From Thalassolituus sp. LLYu03 (GTDB lineage: Bacteria > Pseudomonadota > Gammaproteobacteria > Pseudomonadales > Oceanobacteraceae): DNA of 32,000 nt. The notes beneath the pieces are model-generated. The model saw only the letters and a program-made list of their open reading frames with translations, ran no database searches and was not told where the DNA came from. The translations under genes were made by a program, and so were the position numbers. Positions 1-9,154 of the stretch are shown in pieces. Positions within the stretch are counted from its first letter, which is position 1. Every line of letters starts with the position of its first letter. Location of the stretch: assembly GCF_050507655.1 (NCBI RefSeq), contig NZ_CP191496.1:2833022-2865021 (forward strand), given 5' to 3'.

Positions 1-72
1 CGCCGCCCCAGGTTTTATAGTGTTTCTTCAACATGGTTCTAAAACCTCAGTAATTCTTATACGAGCCAGTGA

Positions 73-1998
73 TCAGAACGAATATTTCGCAGACAGAGCA
101 ATGTTGTCGCGGTCAACCATCTGATTGTAGTCACCACCAGAGAAGTCAGTGTAGGTGATATCCACAGAAGTCTGGTTCAGGTACACGAAGCTTACGCCGA
201 TACCGGTCGTCAGACGGTCATCCAGGAACTGAGCACCTGGCTCAGGACCATTACCCTTGTCGTATGCAACAGACAGACTTGGAGTCACGTTCACACCTGC
301 GAACGCGTTGTTGAAGTCCAGAGCCGCACGCAGACGGATACCACCAGACAGTTTGGTGGTGTAGCCTTCGTCATTACAGTAGTCGGTATTGGTGTTACGA
401 CTGCTGTTAGATGTTGAAGTACCCAGTGAACACATGTCAGTACCCGCTGGTACACCTGTCGGACGGAAGTCACCAACACCATCATTGTTACCAATACCGT
501 ATGCCCCAGATCTGCCATAACGCGCATCGTCTGTGCTAGGGAGATCAGGGATGTAAGTAGCACCAACCTCGCCTACCAGAGCGAGACGGTCTGCACCCAA
601 TACCCGGTCATAGAACTTGATGAAGGTCATCTGAGCCTGCCACATGTCAAACATGTCATAGCCTTCAGCGATTTCACCGTACAGAGCAGAAGCGTCTCCT
701 GCTTCTTGTGCACGCTGATCATATAAGCGACTCCAAGGCACACCGTTACCAGCCAGAATCAGCTCAAATGCGTTCCACTGCAGCGGCATATCAGGCTTGT
801 AGCTGACTTCACCAGAAATCGATGCACCACCTTCTGTACTGGTTGCGAAGCTTATACCCATCAGTTGCAGATCTTCCGGATACGCAATCTGATACAGCGG
901 GCGATAAGTGTTGTAGGTCGCATCGGCATTTACAGAACGGTCATCACCACCGCCAAGAGCGCCAATGCGATCCTGATTCGTCACCGCACCGTTGATGTAA
1001 GGGAGGCGACTGTGAATGTTCATGTAGTAAAAGCCGAACTCGGTATCACCCAGTGCTTCAGAGTACCAACGCAATGCCAAACCGTACTGACCGGAATCTT
1101 TTGGTTGATCGTCCGGCAGACGCTCGGTAATTGGAGCAACACGGTCCGACAGAGGGACGCCAGCTTCAATTTCAGCGTCTCGGAACGCAAGAATATCGCG
1201 CTCATCCGCTTCACCACCCAGAATCACAGGACCACATCCATCGGCAACAAAGTCAACGGTGGAGAAAAAAGTGCCGCATGGGTCAGAACGGGTTTTTTCC
1301 CATTGAAGTTGGTAGAAAGCCTCCAGCGTCACATCGGAGCTCAGACCGACGGAGGTGTACACCATATTAACTGGCAGCAGGCCTTCTTTAACTTCCGCAC
1401 CAGGCTTGCGGAACGCAGAGGCGTCCACGGGGTTAATGCTGTTAATACCGCCCTGAATGAAGGTGCTCTCACCCCAGCTCACAACCTGACGACCGACACG
1501 GATGTTGACCGGTGTGTCGCCCAGTTCGTAGTCGCCCCAAACGTACGCATCCAGCAATTCTGCGCCTTTACCCGCCGCAGCTTTGGTTGCGTCGTTAAGT
1601 TGTTTGAAATCGGTATCTTCGTCCATGATCGCCGTGTCGTAATAGGCGCGCGCACGGAAGAAACCACCATAGTTCAGGTAGTTTACTTCCAGATCGCCGC
1701 TCCACTTCACTACGTTGGTGTAGATATCACCCTTGCTGTAGTTCAGCGTACCGTCGTCATAGTTATACGAGGAACCGTAAGTGGTTTCGCCAATAGCATC
1801 ACCGTTACCACCCATGATCTGACCTTGATCACGTTCAGATGTACGCCACGCGACACCGTAGCTGATGGTGTTATCCAGCTGAACCCCCAAATCGCCGAAG
1901 TTAAATTCAACAGCCTGCGCACTTAAGGAAGCTGCAGAAATCGCCAACGCTAACGGAATTTTACGCATCATCAGCCAGTTCTCTTTTTTTATACTCAT
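73..1998 (-). CDS. DUF1302-family outer-membrane beta-barrel protein
   Basis: ORF 73..2076(-) trimmed to the ATG at 1998, with GGAG 6 nt upstream; the track start at 2076 is a TTG. Sec signal MSIKKENWLMMRKIPLALAISAASLSAQA. Motifs ISYGVAWRTSERD, NYDDGTLNYSKGD and FFRARAYYD, plus a C-terminal aromatic end AKYSF, match my recollection of DUF1302 porin-like proteins. The antisense 353-aa ORF is a shadow. Confidence 0.75.
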   Translation of the reverse strand: MSIKKENWLMMRKIPLALAISAASLSAQAVEFNFGDLGVQLDNTISYGVAWRTSERDQGQIMGGNGDAIGETTYGSSYNYDDGTLNYSKGDIYTNVVKWSGDLEVNYLNYGGFFRARAYYDTAIMDEDTDFKQLNDATKAAAGKGAELLDAYVWGDYELGDTPVNIRVGRQVVSWGESTFIQGGINSINPVDASAFRKPGAEVKEGLLPVNMVYTSVGLSSDVTLEAFYQLQWEKTRSDPCGTFFSTVDFVADGCGPVILGGEADERDILAFRDAEIEAGVPLSDRVAPITERLPDDQPKDSGQYGLALRWYSEALGDTEFGFYYMNIHSRLPYINGAVTNQDRIGALGGGDDRSVNADATYNTYRPLYQIAYPEDLQLMGISFATSTEGGASISGEVSYKPDMPLQWNAFELILAGNGVPWSRLYDQRAQEAGDASALYGEIAEGYDMFDMWQAQMTFIKFYDRVLGADRLALVGEVGATYIPDLPSTDDARYGRSGAYGIGNNDGVGDFRPTGVPAGTDMCSLGTSTSNSSRNTNTDYCNDEGYTTKLSGGIRLRAALDFNNAFAGVNVTPSLSVAYDKGNGPEPGAQFLDDRLTTGIGVSFVYLNQTSVDITYTDFSGGDYNQMVDRDNIALSAKYSF

Positions 1999-2072
1999 AT
2001 CTGACTCCAGAAAATATGTATCAACGCAAGTCAATGCGGGCTCCGGGCACATAGTCCCGGAGCAGAGATCAA

Positions 2073-5072
2073 TCAATCATCAGTGGATAATTTAGTAGCA
2101 TCGCCAACAAGCAGAGCCTCACCGTCTGAACCAAAAAATGAAGCAGCTTCTTTGACCATTTCAGCAAATACAGTAGGCGCGTCTGCCGATGCTACAGTGC
2201 CATGGGTTCCCTGATTAAACTTGCTGACGAGAAACAGTTTGGTATCAGCGTCAGCAACACTGCCGCTTACGGTGGTCAGTCCAAGCTGCGCGACCAGAGG
2301 ATCTGTACCAGTCAGATAAGACTTGCCTGTTTCAACATCATTCAGCGCCGGATCAGCGTTGTTAGGGACCACGGTATCTGAAGGATAAATACCAGCACCA
2401 ATCAGAGTGTCAGACAACCCTGTGTTTGGAATCGAATCACCAGAATCAGTGTTGCTGTCGAGCGCACCAACAGTACCGCCACCAACGATTTCATACATCA
2501 GAACAGGAGTACCTGTCGCCTTCAGCAGCGATGTGAAGTTCACCGGATCAACAGAATCGAGCGGAGCCTGGAAAACGCCAAAGAACTTTTCCAGATTGCT
2601 CATACCTTGGGTCAACCCAGCCGCCGCAGCCAGACCTGGCAAAATTTTGGCGGAGAAGGTTGGTGAATTCTCCAGCAGTTTAGGCAGCTGACCGCCCGGA
2701 TGAGCAAAAATGGCAGCTTTAATCGGGTTCAGATCTTTAGACAGAATATTGGCATTGTTCGCAACGGCGTTATTCACCGCTACGTAGGTCATGCCGACAA
2801 TCGCTCCTAAAGAGTGGCCTACGAAGTAGATGTTGTCTTCATCCAGATCGCCAACGCCATCGCCGTCAACATCGATATTTCCAATCGATGCATTGAGGTT
2901 CAACAGGTCCATAACCGACTGGCGCAGGTGATCACGCGTCTGCTGCATGTTGCTCAGATTGATATAAAAATCACCCGAGTTTCCGGACTCAGAACCCGTA
3001 ACAAAACTCATGGCTACCGGCTGCTGCAGTGCATTCAGAGCCAGATTTTCATGCCGCTCTGCCAGACCAGTGTATGGATCATTCTCACCAGCAGCCTGTG
3101 CAACCGCAGCCAGAGTAGCTGCAAACGGGGTATTGGCCGGCGTTGTAGAATCCACGTAACCCGCTACGTTAAATGCATTAAATGCACTGTATCGTACCGC
3201 ATTGCCATTACGATCAGTTGTTGCGGCATCGACACCATGCACAGGATGGTCAATAGCAACAGTAGCAAAACAACCGCTTGCAGGTGCAGCCATCTGGTTT
3301 GCAAAACCCAGAGAGCTGGTGCGATCAGTTGTAATACCATGCTGGAATATGATCGTTTTATACGGAGCAGAGCATGAACCATCGGTAGGGTAAGTAACGA
3401 GAACCGGAACTTTTACGTCTTCTACAAATTGCGCGAACGGGAAACGGTAAGTCACATTGCGGCTACCATCAGAGTCCTTCGGCGGCGTGGTGTCGTCTGC
3501 ATTACCCAGTGCGCTATCAATAACCTCACCCACCAAGGTTGAACCAGTCCAGAAAGAACTTGAATCAACCGATGTACGCTCCATGAACTGAGGCAGAGTC
3601 AGCATGCCCTGCATGGTCGCCGTGCTGTTAGTTAAACCAAGCGCTGCGTTTGGAATAGTGACGACACTCTCACTCGCATCAGTGAAATCACCATCCAGAT
3701 TTAGATCGGTACCGATAGGTAAAAAATCACGTGGAGCCGGACGGTGAGAAGCATCTTTTAGCAGGGCGCCAGCGCCATTCGCGGCAGTCGCGACAAGAGT
3801 GGCATTGTCTGTTGAGCTGGTGTATTGACCCAGAGCCTGAGCAATGTAGCCTTTCTGTGCGTCGTCCCATTCTGTAGGATCAAGCGAAATCTGCTTATCA
3901 GCGTAAGCAGCGTTCCAGTTGTTGATCGCACCAATAATGGTTGCATTACTGGCAGCAATTCCAGTGGCTGCAGTTTTCGCTGCACCGCCATTGATGATGG
4001 CTTTTGCCAAAGTATTGGAAACCAGAGTTTTGTAAATAGCGTTCAGACGAATTTTAACCCGATCCGTCTCAACATCAGGATCCAGATCAACCCAACCTTC
4101 TGTCGCAGCATTCGCAGCATTGATTGCCAGCGCAGCACCCGCTACTAAAGCATCAATGCTGTCTTCCGGCAGCAGAGACTCCATACCAGCTGTGTTTTTC
4201 AGCAATCCGAACAGGTAGTTTTCCGGTGCAGCCATCGACAGCAATACATCTTCTTTAGCATCTGTTGTGAATGCGTAAGTGAGGATCAAATTTTGCTGCG
4301 TAATATTCCCACTGGAAACGCTTGCAAGGAATCCACCCGCCAGCTGCTCCCATGCCTGCACAGCAGTGCGAACAGGATCTAAAGAGCTTGACGGAAGCTC
4401 CAGATCACCAGTCAACAGCTCATACTCAGCAGAACCAGTAGCCGTTGTACCATCCGCACCTTTGATTCCGTTTGTCAGCGCAACGAGATACTTGGTTTTC
4501 GAGTCGAGTGGCTTAAGTGGCGAAATACGGATTGTTGGCGATGCGCCATTGTCCATTTCCACATAGTCAACGGTGTAGTCAACACCTGCAACTGGCTGAA
4601 CAGCAGAGAACGGCACTCCATTAACAGCAGAACTGGCATTGACACTGCTTGCGATATCCAAAGCATCAACTGTTGAGTCGTCTGTGTTATTCAGCAGCTT
4701 AATCAGAAAAACGGTTTGCCCGGCAACCACTGTTGACGAATTCAGCGAAGCATTGAAAGGCAGATCAATGGTCGCAGTCGCTGAAAAGCCTGCCAGATCG
4801 TTGATCATAGTGGTCACAGGTGGTGCAGAATCCGTAACTGCTGCTGTGCCGTCAGTCGTTCCGGAAAACAGAAAATCGCTGTTCACGGGAAGATCTGCGT
4901 TACCGGCTGAAAAAATCGGAGAAACGCGACTTGCAGTTGTGCCTGGCTGACCAGATTCAACGGCTGTTAAATCGACATCGTCGTTGTACTTTTCAACGCT
5001 GCTGATGTTACAGCCGGCAAGGCCTGCTGTGGTGGCTGCGATGGCCAGACTGAGAAGGGTCTTCTTCACCAT
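2073..5072 (-). CDS. VolA/Pla-1/cef-family extracellular lipase, lipoprotein (about 999 aa)
   Basis: ORF 2073..5189(-) trimmed to the ATG at 5072. Lipoprotein signal MVKKTLLSLAIAATTAGLAGC (lipobox LAGC). The N-terminal segment ADLPVNSDFLFSGTTDGT...INDLAGFSATATIDLPF resembles the bacterial virulence-factor lipase N-terminal domain. Serine-hydrolase nucleophile elbow FVGHSLGAIVG. Confidence 0.8.
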   Translation of the reverse strand: MVKKTLLSLAIAATTAGLAGCNISSVEKYNDDVDLTAVESGQPGTTASRVSPIFSAGNADLPVNSDFLFSGTTDGTAAVTDSAPPVTTMINDLAGFSATATIDLPFNASLNSSTVVAGQTVFLIKLLNNTDDSTVDALDIASSVNASSAVNGVPFSAVQPVAGVDYTVDYVEMDNGASPTIRISPLKPLDSKTKYLVALTNGIKGADGTTATGSAEYELLTGDLELPSSSLDPVRTAVQAWEQLAGGFLASVSSGNITQQNLILTYAFTTDAKEDVLLSMAAPENYLFGLLKNTAGMESLLPEDSIDALVAGAALAINAANAATEGWVDLDPDVETDRVKIRLNAIYKTLVSNTLAKAIINGGAAKTAATGIAASNATIIGAINNWNAAYADKQISLDPTEWDDAQKGYIAQALGQYTSSTDNATLVATAANGAGALLKDASHRPAPRDFLPIGTDLNLDGDFTDASESVVTIPNAALGLTNSTATMQGMLTLPQFMERTSVDSSSFWTGSTLVGEVIDSALGNADDTTPPKDSDGSRNVTYRFPFAQFVEDVKVPVLVTYPTDGSCSAPYKTIIFQHGITTDRTSSLGFANQMAAPASGCFATVAIDHPVHGVDAATTDRNGNAVRYSAFNAFNVAGYVDSTTPANTPFAATLAAVAQAAGENDPYTGLAERHENLALNALQQPVAMSFVTGSESGNSGDFYINLSNMQQTRDHLRQSVMDLLNLNASIGNIDVDGDGVGDLDEDNIYFVGHSLGAIVGMTYVAVNNAVANNANILSKDLNPIKAAIFAHPGGQLPKLLENSPTFSAKILPGLAAAAGLTQGMSNLEKFFGVFQAPLDSVDPVNFTSLLKATGTPVLMYEIVGGGTVGALDSNTDSGDSIPNTGLSDTLIGAGIYPSDTVVPNNADPALNDVETGKSYLTGTDPLVAQLGLTTVSGSVADADTKLFLVSKFNQGTHGTVASADAPTVFAEMVKEAASFFGSDGEALLVGDATKLSTDD

Positions 5073-5377
5073 ATTGCTACCTGTCTGTTTTTTTATGGTT
5101 ATAAGGTCGCTTTGGGGGGTGCGCGAGACTCTCCCCGGCCCCAAAGAGATGCCCAAGACTATAATCTGGCGTGAGCGCACCCTCATCACTCCAAAGTATG
5201 ATTCACTCCTGTTCGGTCACTCATTTTGTATCTGCGTGTAACACGACCTTGGTCGGAGGACACAGATTGTCTGGCAATCCGTCACAAGCATTGAACAGAA
5301 AAGCACGCGCTGTGATTCAGCCTGACATTCCACTAGAATATTGGGCCTTTTTGTAAACTGATTTCAGGAGACAGAAC

Positions 5378-6565
5378 ATGTCCAATCAGGATTCTGTAGT
5401 CATTGTGGCTGGCGTCCGCACCCCGATGGGCGGTTTTCAGGGCAGCCTTTCCAGCGTAAGCGCAACCGATCTGGGCGCACTGGCAATCGCGGAAGCGGTT
5501 AAGCGTGCTGGCATCGATGCCGCCGATGTTCAGGAAGTGATCATGGGCAACGTTCTGCCGGCCGGTCTGAAGCAAGGCCCTGCCCGTCAGGCTATGCGTA
5601 AAGCCGGTCTGCCGGATGCCACCGGTGCCACCACCATCAACAAACTGTGTGGTTCCGGCATGAAAGCCACCATGATGGCGCACGATGCGATCAAAGCAGG
5701 CTCTGTAGACATCGCAGTGTCCGGCGGCATGGAATCCATGTCGAATGCGCCATACGTTCTGGAAGGCGTACGCACTGGCTTCCGCATGGGCGCTGGCAGC
5801 GCTCCGCAGGACCACATGTTCCTCGACGGCCTGCAGGATGCCGAAACCGGCAAACTGATGGGCGCCTTCGCGCAGGAAATGTCGGACAAGAAAGGCTACA
5901 CCCGTGAGCAGATGGACGAATACGCCATCCTGTCCCTGACCCGCGCCAAAGACGCCATCGAGAAGGGCCTGAATGCCGCTGAAATCGTGGCGGTGAAAGT
6001 GGTTTCCCGCAAAGGCGAAACTCTGGTTGAGCAGGACGAACAGCCGTTCAACGCCAACATTGAGAAGATCCCGACGCTGCGTCCGGCTTTCGCCAAAGAC
6101 GGTACCATCACAGCGGCTAACGCCTCTTCCATTTCGGATGGCGCGTCTGCTCTGGTTCTGATGAGCGAAGCGGCTGCTTCCGCGAAAGGCGTTAAGCCAC
6201 TCGCCCGTATCGTGGCCCACGCTACTCAGTCTCAGCATCCGTCTGAGTTCACTGTGGCACCAGTTGGCGCTATCGAAAAAGTACTGGCCAAAGCCGGCTG
6301 GAACAAAGACGACGTGGATCTGTTCGAGATCAACGAAGCCTTCGCCATGGTGGCCATGATGCCAATCGATGAACTGAAGCTGGATATCAGCAAAGTGAAC
6401 ATCTACGGCGGCGCCTGCGCTCAGGGCCACCCGGTCGGTTCTACCGGTTCACGCCTGATCGTGACCCTGATGAACGCGCTGAAAAACACCGGTGGTAAGA
6501 AAGGCGTTGCTGCTCTGTGTATCGGTGGTGGTGAAGCCACTGCGATGGCTATCGAACTGGTGTAA
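5378..6565 (+). CDS. acetyl-CoA C-acetyltransferase (thiolase II)
   Basis: 395 aa with AGGAG 7 nt upstream of the ATG. Thiolase signatures: VVIVAGVRTPMGGF, active-site Cys context INKLCGSGMKA, GGMESMS, NIYGGACAQGHPVGSTGSR and LCIGGGEATAM. Confidence 0.9.
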   Translation: MSNQDSVVIVAGVRTPMGGFQGSLSSVSATDLGALAIAEAVKRAGIDAADVQEVIMGNVLPAGLKQGPARQAMRKAGLPDATGATTINKLCGSGMKATMMAHDAIKAGSVDIAVSGGMESMSNAPYVLEGVRTGFRMGAGSAPQDHMFLDGLQDAETGKLMGAFAQEMSDKKGYTREQMDEYAILSLTRAKDAIEKGLNAAEIVAVKVVSRKGETLVEQDEQPFNANIEKIPTLRPAFAKDGTITAANASSISDGASALVLMSEAAASAKGVKPLARIVAHATQSQHPSEFTVAPVGAIEKVLAKAGWNKDDVDLFEINEAFAMVAMMPIDELKLDISKVNIYGGACAQGHPVGSTGSRLIVTLMNALKNTGGKKGVAALCIGGGEATAMAIELV

Positions 6566-6600
6566 TCACCATAGCGTTGTGGCTTACGCCTGACGCAAAC

Positions 6601-6638
6601 AAAAACGGCCGATTCTGCGAAGTATCGGCCGTTTTTTT
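6601..6638. terminator. bidirectional rho-independent terminator (thiolase / purU)
   Basis: AAAAACGGCCGAT-tctgcgaagt-ATCGGCCGTTTTTTT. A 9-bp GC-rich stem flanked by an A-run and a T-run, lying between two convergent genes. Confidence 0.8.
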
Positions 6639-6679
6639 ATTGCCGGAAGCTTGAAGCTTCTGGCTTCTGGCTTCTGGCT

Positions 6680-7531
6680 TCAGAAGACGATGGTTTTGTT
6701 GCCATGCAGAAGTACGCGATCCTCCAGATGACTGCGCACACCGCGCGCCAGCACCATCTTCTCCACGTCCTTACCCAGACGCACCATGTCTTCTACCGTG
6801 TCGTTGTGGCTGATGCGGATGACGTCCTGATCGATAATCGGGCCGGCATCCAGCTCAGAGGTCACATAATGACACGTGGCACCAATCAGTTTTACGCCGC
6901 GCTCGGCCGCCTGATGGTAAGGCTTGGCCCCCACGAACGACGGCAGGAAACTGTGGTGAATGTTAATCACCTGGCCGTGGTAACGGGTACACAGCTCCGG
7001 CGGAATGATCTGCATGTAGCGCGCAAGCACTATGGTGTCGGCTTTATGCTCTTCCACAATCGCATTCACACGGGCGAAGTGCTCTGCCTTGTTCGCCGGG
7101 TCTACCGGTACATGGAAGAACGGAATGCCATGCCACTCCACCAGTGAACGCAGGGTGTCGTGGTTGGAGATCACACACGGAATATCACAGCTCAGCTCTT
7201 TGCTGTGCCAGCGGTGCAGAAGATCGACCAGACAGTGGCTTTCCTTGCTGGCCATCAGAATCACTTTCTTCGGTACACTGGAATCATTCACATGCCAATC
7301 CATATCGAACTCGTCCGCGATCGGCGCAAACGCTTTCTTCAGCTCTTCCAGCCCAAACGGCAGGGAATTCGCACGGATGCAGTGGCGCATGAAAAAACGC
7401 CCACTGACAGGATCAGAATAATGATTGGCTTCCACAATCCAGCCACCATGGCCAGAGAAAAACTGGCCGACTTTGGCCACGATACCCACCCGGTCAGGGC
7501 AGGAAATGGTTAAACGGTACACTCGTTCCAT
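6680..7531 (-). CDS. purU: formyltetrahydrofolate deformylase
   Basis: 283 aa. N-terminal ACT-like domain (LTISCPDRVGIVAKV) followed by a formyltransferase core (VISNH..., NIHHSFLPSFVGAKPYHQA), as in PurU. Confidence 0.9.
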   Translation of the reverse strand: MERVYRLTISCPDRVGIVAKVGQFFSGHGGWIVEANHYSDPVSGRFFMRHCIRANSLPFGLEELKKAFAPIADEFDMDWHVNDSSVPKKVILMASKESHCLVDLLHRWHSKELSCDIPCVISNHDTLRSLVEWHGIPFFHVPVDPANKAEHFARVNAIVEEHKADTIVLARYMQIIPPELCTRYHGQVINIHHSFLPSFVGAKPYHQAAERGVKLIGATCHYVTSELDAGPIIDQDVIRISHNDTVEDMVRLGKDVEKMVLARGVRSHLEDRVLLHGNKTIVF

Positions 7532-7642
7532 AGAAATTCACTAATGGCAGCTTCGCACAACATTCTGGCCCGAGCGGCTATTGAAGCAGGCCGGCCAACA
7601 TGTTCCACTGAAGCTCAATAATCATAAAAATCGGAGAGCGCT

Positions 7643-8413
7643 ATGTTACTCCTAAGAGCCCTGCTTCTCACCCTGTTTGTCGGCGTATCCCTGCCATCAC
7701 TGGCTGCCAATACTGAACAGAGTGTTTACGACCTGCGTACCGGCATTCAGATCGCGCTGCTCGATTTCTATCACTATCAGGCCGACGAAGGTAATCCCCA
7801 ATTGCTGTCAGAGCTGAATCAGGTGATGACGCGCAACGACAGTCAGCGCGCCGCACTGCGCGCTGAGTTGCCATCCGGTTTCGTATCGCAGACCCAGAGT
7901 CTGGACAACGACTGGCAGCACTTCGCCGCCCTGATGAACCAGAACGTCGAAGAAATTAAGAAGAGTAATTTTCCCGAGCTTCAGGTTGTGACCATGATGC
8001 GCGAAGTGGCCGGCCGCATGATGGATAATCTGGATCAGATCAGTCAGTCGTTACGCGACAGCGGCGAAGTCAGCCTAGGTGAAGCCGACATCTGGGCCCG
8101 TCATCAGAAAGAACTGCTGCTGACCATCACCGAACGTTACCTTGAGCGCGCTGCTTCATCCATGGGCGCGCCACTGACCGTCAGCGACGTGACCATCAAT
8201 GATCTGTGCCAGCAGTTTGCCAGCGGCCTCGATCGGGTGCAGGAGAAACGTCTGCCGGACACCGCTCAGGCTGCCATGGGAAAAATCCGCGGTCAGTGGC
8301 TGTTTATCAGCAAAGCAGCGAACGACACCGAAAGCCGTCTGGTGCCGTTTCTGGTGATGCGCTATACCAATGGCATCATTACCCAGCTGAATCAGATTGC
8401 CGGCCTCAGCTGA
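7643..8413 (+). CDS. hypothetical secreted all-helical protein (256 aa)
   Basis: ATG with GGAG 6 nt upstream. Sec signal MLLLRALLLTLFVGVSLPSLA. The remainder is helix-prone and hydrophilic, and I recognise no family motif. Confidence 0.65.
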   Translation: MLLLRALLLTLFVGVSLPSLAANTEQSVYDLRTGIQIALLDFYHYQADEGNPQLLSELNQVMTRNDSQRAALRAELPSGFVSQTQSLDNDWQHFAALMNQNVEEIKKSNFPELQVVTMMREVAGRMMDNLDQISQSLRDSGEVSLGEADIWARHQKELLLTITERYLERAASSMGAPLTVSDVTINDLCQQFASGLDRVQEKRLPDTAQAAMGKIRGQWLFISKAANDTESRLVPFLVMRYTNGIITQLNQIAGLS

Positions 8414-8454
8414 GCACCTCAAACACCAGACAAAACCCAAGCAGAAATCCCGGA

Positions 8455-8488
8455 TAAAAATAAAGCGGCAAATGCCGCTTTATTTTTG
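8455..8488. terminator. bidirectional rho-independent terminator
   Basis: ATAAAAATAAAGCGGC-aaat-GCCGCTTTATTTTTG, between the convergent genes ending at 8413(+) and 8480(-). Confidence 0.7.
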
Positions 8489-9148
8489 CAATAAAATTCT
8501 GGGGTCCGGATAAGCCAGTTTACCCACACCAATCGCATCAGCGACATCCGTCACCGCCGAACTCAGAATTTTATCGGCTTCCACCGGCCCCAGCGATTCG
8601 CACAGGCCAATATAAATGAAGTTCAGCAGCTTTTTCAGATCACTGACCTGAATCGCGCTGACATCCAACGTTTTTCCCTGATCCCAGAGTGTAAAGGCAT
8701 AAATAAAACCCTGCGCCAGTTGATTGCGGGCTGCCTGTTCAGCCGCGTAGTTTTTTACCGACCGGGCAGTATCCGAACGTAACTGGGCGAACAATTCCTT
8801 CAGCACCATACTGAAGGTCGGCGTCCAGTCAGCCACCTTTGGACGCGCAATCGCGAGCTCACCCGAGGCTTCCTGTTTATTCAGAAAATTCTGCATCGCG
8901 CGGATCGGATCATCTTTTAATGCCGCATTATTGCTCATCAGAATACCGATCAGCTGGCGATATAAAACAGACCGGTTCAGCGAAATTTCGGGAATATCGC
9001 GGCACTCCGATAAAAAGGCATTCAGCTCAAACTGAGATTTATCGGAGTAACCGTTCTGCCAGCGCCACATTGCCGCCCACAGATCATCACCATCCAGAAA
9101 TTCAGAAAGAACCGTATAGACAGCCCTGCGTTTACCTTCTGCAGTCAT
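8480..9148 (-). CDS. hypothetical cytoplasmic helical protein (222 aa), cotranscribed with amt
   Basis: The ATG at 9148 lies 6 nt after the amt stop codon (9155..9157). No signal peptide or TM segment, and I recognise no family motif (begins MTAEGKRRAVYTVLSEFLDGDDLWAAMWRWQNGY). Confidence 0.65.
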   Translation of the reverse strand: MTAEGKRRAVYTVLSEFLDGDDLWAAMWRWQNGYSDKSQFELNAFLSECRDIPEISLNRSVLYRQLIGILMSNNAALKDDPIRAMQNFLNKQEASGELAIARPKVADWTPTFSMVLKELFAQLRSDTARSVKNYAAEQAARNQLAQGFIYAFTLWDQGKTLDVSAIQVSDLKKLLNFIYIGLCESLGPVEADKILSSAVTDVADAIGVGKLAYPDPRILLQK

Positions 9149-9154
9149 CCGGTT

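Noticed and set aside
1-34. Possible start of another minus-strand gene (ATG at 34, GAGG 10 nt upstream, MLKKHYKTWGG...), which could be the DUF1329 partner of DUF1302
   Set aside because: Only 11 codons are visible, which is too little to support a feature. I mention it only as something to check by extending the contig.
865-1926. 353-aa ORF on the + strand inside the DUF1302 gene
   Set aside because: It is antisense to a gene with clear family motifs, and its product is Arg/Val/Ile/Thr-rich with no signal or motif. It is a typical shadow ORF.
1999-2076. Upstream extensions of ORFs from TTG/GTG track starts (also 5073..5189, 10463..10492, 14478..14546, 16411..16473, 18175..18264, 19089..19160, 22611..22625, 29270..29314, 31268..31312)
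   Set aside because: In each case an internal ATG or GTG with a Shine-Dalgarno sequence begins a canonical signal peptide or the conserved family N-terminus. The extensions would bury the signal peptides.
5110-5146. Inverted repeat CTTTGGGG ... CCCCAAAG in the lipase/thiolase divergent region
   Set aside because: It has 8-bp arms with a 21-nt G/C-rich loop, and I could link it to no known operator consensus. I cannot distinguish it from chance in a 305-bp intergenic region.
5312-5339. Sigma-70-like promoter for the thiolase gene (GTGATT-16 nt-TAGAAT), and a similar one for gspN (TTAAAT-17 nt-TAGAAT at 26905..26933, minus strand)
   Set aside because: The -10 hexamers are good but the -35 hexamers are weak (3/6). 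Without TSS data these are not solid enough to list as features.
5333-6430. 365-aa ORF on the - strand opposite the thiolase gene
   Set aside because: The thiolase frame has unmistakable catalytic motifs. The antisense product is His/Gly/Arg/Ala-rich low-complexity sequence, making it a shadow ORF.
6656-6680. Heptamer tandem repeat (GGCTTCT)x3, preceded by a GAAGCTT near-duplication, just after the purU stop
   Set aside because: It is very short, lies between a stop codon and a terminator, and has no obvious coding or regulatory consequence. It is probably slippage noise.
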